Of a stretch of DNA of 64,000 nucleotides, positions 58,307-64,000 are shown one piece after another. A program made the translations under genes and the position numbers. Source of the DNA: a virus. The notes below the pieces were generated by a model. The model searched no databases, was not told the DNA's origin, and was given only the letters and a program-made list of their open reading frames with translations. The DNA lies in IMG/VR virus record IMGVR_UViG_3300023174_000063. One strand, given 5' to 3'. Positions within the stretch are counted from its first letter, which is position 1, and every line of letters begins with the position of its first letter.

Positions 58307-61300
58307 ATGTCGTTTGACAGTGCAGCTCTACAAAATCTCTTGAAAATTTCACCGCCCAAGAACTTTACAGGGCTCCATTCACACTCGTCGTTTTCGACGT
58401 TCGATGGGCTCGGTTATCCAAAGGATCACATCGAGTTCATCACTAGCGAAGCACAGGGCATGGACTCGTGGGCACTGACTGACCACGGCAACGGCTCAGG
58501 CCTCGCACACGCTCGAGCTGCTGCTGTTAAGAAGCAAAAGTCAGGCAAGAAGTATCGCCAGCTTTACGGCGTTGAGTTCTATTTTGTTCCCTCACTTGAT
58601 GAGTGGCAAAAGCAGATAGATGCCCACCAGCAGTCTGTAAAGGACGCAAAGTCTTCTCGCGAGGCACAGCTCCTCGCTGAGTCTCCCACAATCATCAAGC
58701 CTGCCGACGAGGATGATGAGCAGGGCGGTCACGTTATTGAAAACGAGGAGGAGACAAAGGAATCGAAGACAGACAAGCCCGAGTGGAAGCGATACTACCA
58801 CCTTGTTGTCATCGCCAAAAACAGAGTGGGTCTCGGCAATCTCTTCACGCTCGTAAAGAAGTCATTCAAGCACGGCTTCTACCGATTCCCGAGAATCGAT
58901 TATAAGATGTTGAAAGAGCACGGCGAAGGTCTTGTCGTCAGCACGGCATGTGTTGGCGGCCTTCCATCGTCGCTTATCTACCGCGAGTTTGCCGGCAAGT
59001 CTTTCAATGAACTTACGCCTGATCTCTTGACAGGACCTGCTGCAGAGGCTGCCGTCAAGAATATTCGCGGACGTCTTGATAATATGGCAGATCGTTTTGT
59101 TGACTGCGTCGGCCGTGACAATTTCTTCCTGGAACTCCAGTTTAACGATCTTCCTGCACAGCATCTGACAAATCAGTGTCTCATCGAGCTTTCGCAGCGC
59201 ACAGGTCTTCCTCTTGTCGCAACGGCTGACTCACACTTCCCGTCTCCTGACAAGTGGCAGGCACGTGAGCTCTACAAGAAGCTTGGCTGGATTGGCGCAA
59301 AGCTTGACAAGACCATGATTCCCAAGCTCGAAGACATGAAGACGATGTTGTACCCGAAGAATGCCGAGCAGATGTGGGAAGAGTTTAAGAAGGGCTACAC
59401 ACAGTACTCCTTCTATCAGGGTCATGAAGAACTAGTTCGTGATGCAATCGAGCGCACACACGATATTGCTTGGCAGAAGTGCGAAGACACCTGGGTCGAC
59501 ACCAGCGTCAAGCTCCCAATTCACCGCTTCGAGGACAAGACACCATTTCAGCGCCTTGTTGAGCTTGCAAAGGACCATCTCGCCCAGGAAGGTCTTGCTG
59601 ACAATCCCGTCTATGTTGAGCGTCTCAAGGAGGAGCTTTCTGACATCAAGCATCTTGGTCATGAATCGTACTTCCTTACGATGTACGAGGTCTTCAAGCG
59701 CGCTGAGAAGCGTACGCTTATGGGTCCTGGTCGTGGCTCTGCTGCTGGTTCACTTCTAAACTTCCTGCTCGGCATCACACAGTTTGACCCACTTCCTTAC
59801 GGTCTGCTTTGGGGTCGTTTTCTTGGGCGCTGGCGCGTCTCATATCCCGATATCGACACTGACGCTGCCAATCGTGACATTCTTATTGATTCTGCACGAG
59901 AGCTCTACGGCGATGATGCGGTCATTCCAGTATCTAACTTCAATACTCTCAAGCTGAAGTCTCTGATCAAGGACATCTCTAAGTTCTATGACGTGCCCTT
60001 CGAGGAGGTGAATGCCATGACTGGTCCCCTCCAGGACGAGGTCATGCCTCACGCTCGAGATGACGACCAGGAGAAGTCTGTGTTCGTCTTGAAGCACGAG
60101 GACTGCATGAAGTACTCAGAGGGCTACAGAACCTTCATGGAGAAATATCCTGACGTTGCGGCGCACGTAGAAACGCTATTCATGGAGAATAGAAGCATCG
60201 GTCGTCACGCTGGCGGCGTCATTCTTGCAGATCCCACCGCGCTTGAGCAGTCAATGCCAATCATCAGTGTGCGCGGTGAACTCCAGACGCCGTGGACCGA
60301 GGGCATGAACTTTCGCAATCTTGAGGACAATGGATTCTTGAAGTTTGACTTCTTGGGTCTCACTCTCTTGAAGGACGTCGAGGACTGCATTGCTCGAATT
60401 CTGCGTCGTAGAGGCAATAAGAATCCCACCTTTGCGGACGTTAAGGCTTTCTTTGACGAGAACATTAACTGCCGCTATCACAAGCTTGACGACCCTGCTG
60501 TCTACAAGCACGTCTATCACCAGCGTCGCAAGACGGGCGTATTTCAGTTTACCAACGAGGGGGCTAGAAAGCTCTGTGAGGAGGCGCGCCCTTCATCCAT
60601 CGAAGAGGTTGCAGCTATTACAGCAATTTATCGGCCGGGCCCCCTCAAGGCAAATGTGCACAGAAAGTACATCAAGGCTCGTGAGGAGTTCGGCGCAGGT
60701 CGAATGAAGTTTGATCATCCTATTATTGAAGAAATTCTAGGACCTACTGCTGGATTCTTAATCTATCAGGAGCAGTTCATGGAGTTGGCTCGACGTCTGG
60801 GCGGCTTTACGAACGCAGAGTCAGATCAGCTTCGCAAGACTCTTGTTAAGAAGTCGCTGGATACTCTCGACAAGAAGGGTTCTGAGAAGGAGCTAGCAAA
60901 GCAGAAGTTCATCGAGGGCGCGCAGAAGCTCCACGGGTTGAGTCCTGCCATTACAGAGCCGCTCTGGCAGACAATCGATTTCATGTCTGTATACTGCTTC
61001 AATAAGTCTCACAGCGTTTCTTATGCAATTGATTCTTACTACGCTGCATGGTTCCACACGCACTATGAGACTGATTGGCTGGCAACTTGTCTACAATCTG
61101 AGAATAATAATCCTGACGGTCTAGAGAAGACGATCACAGAGATTAAGTCGTACGGCTACAAGTTCATGCAATCAGACATCAACTATTCAGGTGATGTGTG
61201 GATGTATTCTAATGAGCTCCAAGCATTTATTCCGCCTCTCAGCTCTGTCAAGGGTGTAGGAACCACTGCCATGGAAGAAATCATGAAGAATCGTCCTTAC

Positions 61301-61981
61301 AAGAATCTTGATGATCTTCTCTACGATGCGAGTGGTGAGTGGCGACACTCTAAGGTCAATAAGACTGCCATGCGATCACTCTGCCTTATCGAGGCTTTCT
61401 CCTCGCTTGAAGAGCTGAAGAGCGGTCGAATTAGAAATCATAGGCAGCTTTTGGCTCTCCTGACAGATGAGAAGAACTATGACACTCTTCGCAAGGGTCG
61501 CTTTGGATTGTCTCCAACACAGATCAAGAAGCTGCAGAAGAGCGGCGAGGTTGTTGTACCCATCATTGATAAGCTTATTGAGACTTACGAGGGGCTGCCC
61601 GACTGGAGTCGAACTGAGAAGCTTAAGAATCTCATGGAGATGACGTCCAGTGTCAGCAATGACCTGCTCTTCCCATCATCGTTAATGCGCAAAGTGAAAG
61701 AGAAGTCAGTGCCTTCAGTCTTTCAAATTCCAGGGGGTACAAAGGGCATTGGTTGGTTCTGCGTGACGGAAGTTCACCAGAAGTCAACCAAGAACGGAAA
61801 GAGCTTTTTGCGCCTTAGAATAATTGACAATGAGAATAATTCGACATGGCTGCGCTGCTGGGGCAAGTTTGAAGAAACACCGGATGAGTTCTCTCTCTGG
61901 ATCGGTGAAATCGAAAATGACTCCAGCTGGGGCATGTCAACATCTTCCTGGAAGATTAAGCAGCTCAAGGCATTTGAGTAA
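58307..61981 (+). CDS. dnaE: DNA polymerase III alpha subunit (family C)
   Basis: PHP domain HSHS.FS.FDG, TDHG, GVE, DSH; GPGRGSAAGSL, PDIDTD, HAGGV, KFDFLGL, GVFQF, YRPGP, YQEQ, FNKSHS. Confidence 0.97.
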   Translation: MSFDSAALQNLLKISPPKNFTGLHSHSSFSTFDGLGYPKDHIEFITSEAQGMDSWALTDHGNGSGLAHARAAAVKKQKSGKKYRQLYGVEFYFVPSLDEWQKQIDAHQQSVKDAKSSREAQLLAESPTIIKPADEDDEQGGHVIENEEETKESKTDKPEWKRYYHLVVIAKNRVGLGNLFTLVKKSFKHGFYRFPRIDYKMLKEHGEGLVVSTACVGGLPSSLIYREFAGKSFNELTPDLLTGPAAEAAVKNIRGRLDNMADRFVDCVGRDNFFLELQFNDLPAQHLTNQCLIELSQRTGLPLVATADSHFPSPDKWQARELYKKLGWIGAKLDKTMIPKLEDMKTMLYPKNAEQMWEEFKKGYTQYSFYQGHEELVRDAIERTHDIAWQKCEDTWVDTSVKLPIHRFEDKTPFQRLVELAKDHLAQEGLADNPVYVERLKEELSDIKHLGHESYFLTMYEVFKRAEKRTLMGPGRGSAAGSLLNFLLGITQFDPLPYGLLWGRFLGRWRVSYPDIDTDAANRDILIDSARELYGDDAVIPVSNFNTLKLKSLIKDISKFYDVPFEEVNAMTGPLQDEVMPHARDDDQEKSVFVLKHEDCMKYSEGYRTFMEKYPDVAAHVETLFMENRSIGRHAGGVILADPTALEQSMPIISVRGELQTPWTEGMNFRNLEDNGFLKFDFLGLTLLKDVEDCIARILRRRGNKNPTFADVKAFFDENINCRYHKLDDPAVYKHVYHQRRKTGVFQFTNEGARKLCEEARPSSIEEVAAITAIYRPGPLKANVHRKYIKAREEFGAGRMKFDHPIIEEILGPTAGFLIYQEQFMELARRLGGFTNAESDQLRKTLVKKSLDTLDKKGSEKELAKQKFIEGAQKLHGLSPAITEPLWQTIDFMSVYCFNKSHSVSYAIDSYYAAWFHTHYETDWLATCLQSENNNPDGLEKTITEIKSYGYKFMQSDINYSGDVWMYSNELQAFIPPLSSVKGVGTTAMEEIMKNRPYKNLDDLLYDASGEWRHSKVNKTAMRSLCLIEAFSSLEELKSGRIRNHRQLLALLTDEKNYDTLRKGRFGLSPTQIKKLQKSGEVVVPIIDKLIETYEGLPDWSRTEKLKNLMEMTSSVSNDLLFPSSLMRKVKEKSVPSVFQIPGGTKGIGWFCVTEVHQKSTKNGKSFLRLRIIDNENNSTWLRCWGKFEETPDEFSLWIGEIENDSSWGMSTSSWKIKQLKAFE

Positions 61982-61990
61982 AACTAAATT

Positions 61991-62019
61991 TTGTACACAT
62001 CGAGTGCATTGTGTATAAT
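61991..62019 (+). promoter_or_regulatory. Early/middle promoter
   Basis: TTGTAC-N17-TATAAT. Confidence 0.65.
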
Positions 62020-62048
62020 ACGTTGAATCCAACAAGGAGATGTTCATA

Positions 62049-63005
62049 ATGCTGAACTTGAAGTGCATTACTATTGAGGGCCCTGACTGCGCCGGCAAGA
62101 GCTCTCTCTATAATGATATTCATCGAGAAACTAGCTTTAGATGGAATATTCAAGACAGAGGTCAGCTAAGCATGGTTTGCTATGCTAGACTCTATGAACG
62201 AGGTAGTGAAATAGTTGATCATTGGCGCGCAGAACTTCATGAGTACCTTAAAAATCTAAATCAACGTCTAATTGTGCTTCTGCCGCCTCTTCGTGTGCTA
62301 CACCAGCGCCTGGAGTCACGAGGCGACCCCATGCAGAATGCAGAGTCCCTGTCTAAACTTTACGAGATATTTGATGACGAGCTTAAGATTTTGCACGCTG
62401 AAGATCTGCCTAATGTGTTGGTTATTAGAGGCGAAAATTCCCTAGATGAAAACGTTAAGCATTGCCTGTCATGGTTGGCGCATGCGGGCATTTCCACTGC
62501 TAGAAATATTGCCAGCGACGTAGAGGCTGCAGTATTTGCATCACCTAAGAATGAAATATGTGGTTTAAATTTTGAACTCAATTTCAAGAGCGGCACCGCC
62601 GAGTTTCAGGCGCTGGAGAATCCAGCAGTAATGCAGTATCTGCCAGAAGAGGTGTATTACTCTGAAATACTGTCAAAAGTTTTAAAGAATATTGACGACG
62701 AAATCAATGGTAGAAATCCTTACTCACGCCCTGAGAACCCGCGGAGTACGCGCCGTTTTATCTTTGCGCAAGATAGCTGCATTTCTACTATTCATACAAT
62801 GATTCGCGACGATTCGATGACAATGAAGGTCTACTGTAGATCATCAAATGTTACCAATACATTTCCCCATGATCTAGGATTTATCTGCTATCTTTTCACT
62901 AGAGTTTATCATCATTTATTTCACCGTACGCTATGGCGACCAACAAATTGCTCTCTGCGAGTAGAGATTGGATCTGCACATTTACCCGCAATGGCGGGCC
63001 ACTAA
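62049..63005 (+). CDS. Fusion: dNMP kinase + truncated thymidylate-synthase (ThyA)-fold domain
   Basis: N-terminal IEGPDCAGKS, DRG.LS..Y, RL..RGD; C-terminal STRRFI...SCIS...YCRSSN....PHD...GSAH. Confidence 0.75.
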   Translation: MLNLKCITIEGPDCAGKSSLYNDIHRETSFRWNIQDRGQLSMVCYARLYERGSEIVDHWRAELHEYLKNLNQRLIVLLPPLRVLHQRLESRGDPMQNAESLSKLYEIFDDELKILHAEDLPNVLVIRGENSLDENVKHCLSWLAHAGISTARNIASDVEAAVFASPKNEICGLNFELNFKSGTAEFQALENPAVMQYLPEEVYYSEILSKVLKNIDDEINGRNPYSRPENPRSTRRFIFAQDSCISTIHTMIRDDSMTMKVYCRSSNVTNTFPHDLGFICYLFTRVYHHLFHRTLWRPTNCSLRVEIGSAHLPAMAGH

Positions 63006-63024
63006 TATTACTGGGAGTAACGCT

Positions 63025-64000
63025 ATGCATGTTTTAGTCACAGGTGGCGCAGGTTTTATTGGCAGCAATCTTGTTCACGCTCTTGTCCAAAAAGGCTGGA
63101 TCGTCGACGTTATTGATGATTTAAGCAGTGGTAATTTAGATAATCTTGCAGGTCTAGAGACAAGGTTTTTGACGACTAATATCCTGCATTTCTATGAGGA
63201 GAATGTAGAGTCAGGTGACCATAAAAAAGTTCGTTTTATTACTGGAGACTTTGCAAATCTCAATGTTCTTCGACGCATAGAGGCTGGAAAATATCGCTAT
63301 ATCTTCCATCTAGCTGCAGTACCTAGAGTTGGTTTTAGTGTTCAATTTCCTGCAGAAACCGCAGAAACTAATCTTTTAAAGACAATCAAGCTTTTTGAAT
63401 CTGCTTCAAAGTCTGGATCTTGTCGTGTTATTTTCTCTTCGTCATCTTCTGTGTACGGCAACGCATCTGTCAGACCCACGCCTGAGTCCATTACAAAGCA
63501 CCCGAGGTCGCCATATGCGCTACAGAAACTACACTGCGAAGATTATGCACGTCTTTTTAGAGAACTTCACGGATTAGATTTTGTTGCGCTTCGATATTTT
63601 AATGTCTATGGGCCTCGACAGTTTGGCAACTCTCCTTACGCAACCGCCATCTCAGCTTGGTGCACTGCAGTTCACACAGGAAAGCCGCTTCGAAGCGACG
63701 GCGACGGCACACAGTCTAGAGATCTCACGTATGTCGATGACGTAGTAGAAGCAAATATTAAGGCAGCATTGGCTGGAGCATCATGTTCAGGAGAGAGCTA
63801 TAATATTGCTGCCGGTAAGCCTGTTTCAAATCTCAAGATTCTCGAGGCGTTTCGAGATCGTTACGGAGATAAAGTCACTATAACAAAAGCACCTTGGCGC
63901 CCCGGCGACGTGATGCATACAGAGGCCGACCCTATGAAGGCACGGCTACAACTAGGATTTACGTGCAGTGTAGACTTTGACACTGGTCTGCGCAAGACAT
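63025..64000 (+). CDS. NDP-sugar 4-epimerase (extended SDR, GalE/WbpP-like); 3'-truncated and missing from the ORF track
   Basis: Translated by hand: MHVLVTGGAGFIGSNL, IDDLSSG, FHLAA, SSSSVYG, PYALQK, LRYFNVYGPRQ, GDGTQSRD; RBS GGGAG. Confidence 0.92.
   Translation, partial: MHVLVTGGAGFIGSNLVHALVQKGWIVDVIDDLSSGNLDNLAGLETRFLTTNILHFYEENVESGDHKKVRFITGDFANLNVLRRIEAGKYRYIFHLAAVPRVGFSVQFPAETAETNLLKTIKLFESASKSGSCRVIFSSSSSVYGNASVRPTPESITKHPRSPYALQKLHCEDYARLFRELHGLDFVALRYFNVYGPRQFGNSPYATAISAWCTAVHTGKPLRSDGDGTQSRDLTYVDDVVEANIKAALAGASCSGESYNIAAGKPVSNLKILEAFRDRYGDKVTITKAPWRPGDVMHTEADPMKARLQLGFTCSVDFDTGLRKT

Noticed and set aside
37190-61981. Inteins or introns in RecA, helicase, NrdJ, topoisomerase or DnaE
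   Set aside because: Lengths are near normal, motifs are contiguous, and no C...HN-[C/S/T] splice junctions or LAGLIDADG blocks were seen.
24-62596. Numerous short minus-strand ORFs in the track
   Set aside because: They lie opposite well-supported + strand genes and have typical antisense composition; only 18637-19998 has independent support.
63395-63577. 60-aa ORF in the track
   Set aside because: Out-of-frame shadow inside the real epimerase gene starting at 63025.
1-64000. Alternative genetic code (stop-codon reassignment)
   Set aside because: Conserved genes are full length under code 11 with dense packing, and TAA, TGA and occasional TAG all end genes.
1-64000. tRNA or rRNA genes
   Set aside because: No cloverleaf or T-loop signature seen in the short intergenic gaps by eye; a tRNAscan-SE run would be decisive.

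Overview
A 64-kb segment of a large contractile-tailed (T4-superfamily-like, probably jumbo) bacteriophage genome, read in the standard code and almost entirely on the + strand. 1-34.1 kb is the virion module: scaffold, gp23-type major capsid protein, likely head-internal proteins, neck proteins, two tandem tail sheaths, an antisense homing-type endonuclease, tail tube, a probable frameshifted chaperone pair, tape measure and baseplate proteins. 34.2-50.2 kb is replication/recombination: PolA core, SSB, RecA, 5'-3' exonuclease, DnaB helicase, class II RNR, a repeat-rich fibre, a J-domain protein and a two-subunit type II topoisomerase. 50.1-64 kb holds repair and nucleotide metabolism: MBD4-like and Fpg glycosylases, MazG/dUTPase-like, MazG-HAD fusion, divergent ThyX, NDT-family hydrolase, two NDP-sugar epimerases, DnaE and a dNMP-kinase/ThyA-fold fusion. 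Two candidate undescribed systems stand out. (1) A probable cytosine (hyper)modification pathway with matching repair enzymes. (2) Short scaffold-like peptide tags, together with a late-type promoter motif, on enzymes (an ART-like protein and a DEDDh exonuclease) that may be packaged into the head. Two promoter classes and several RNA-level control elements are visible. All assignments come from motif reading; no database search was run.
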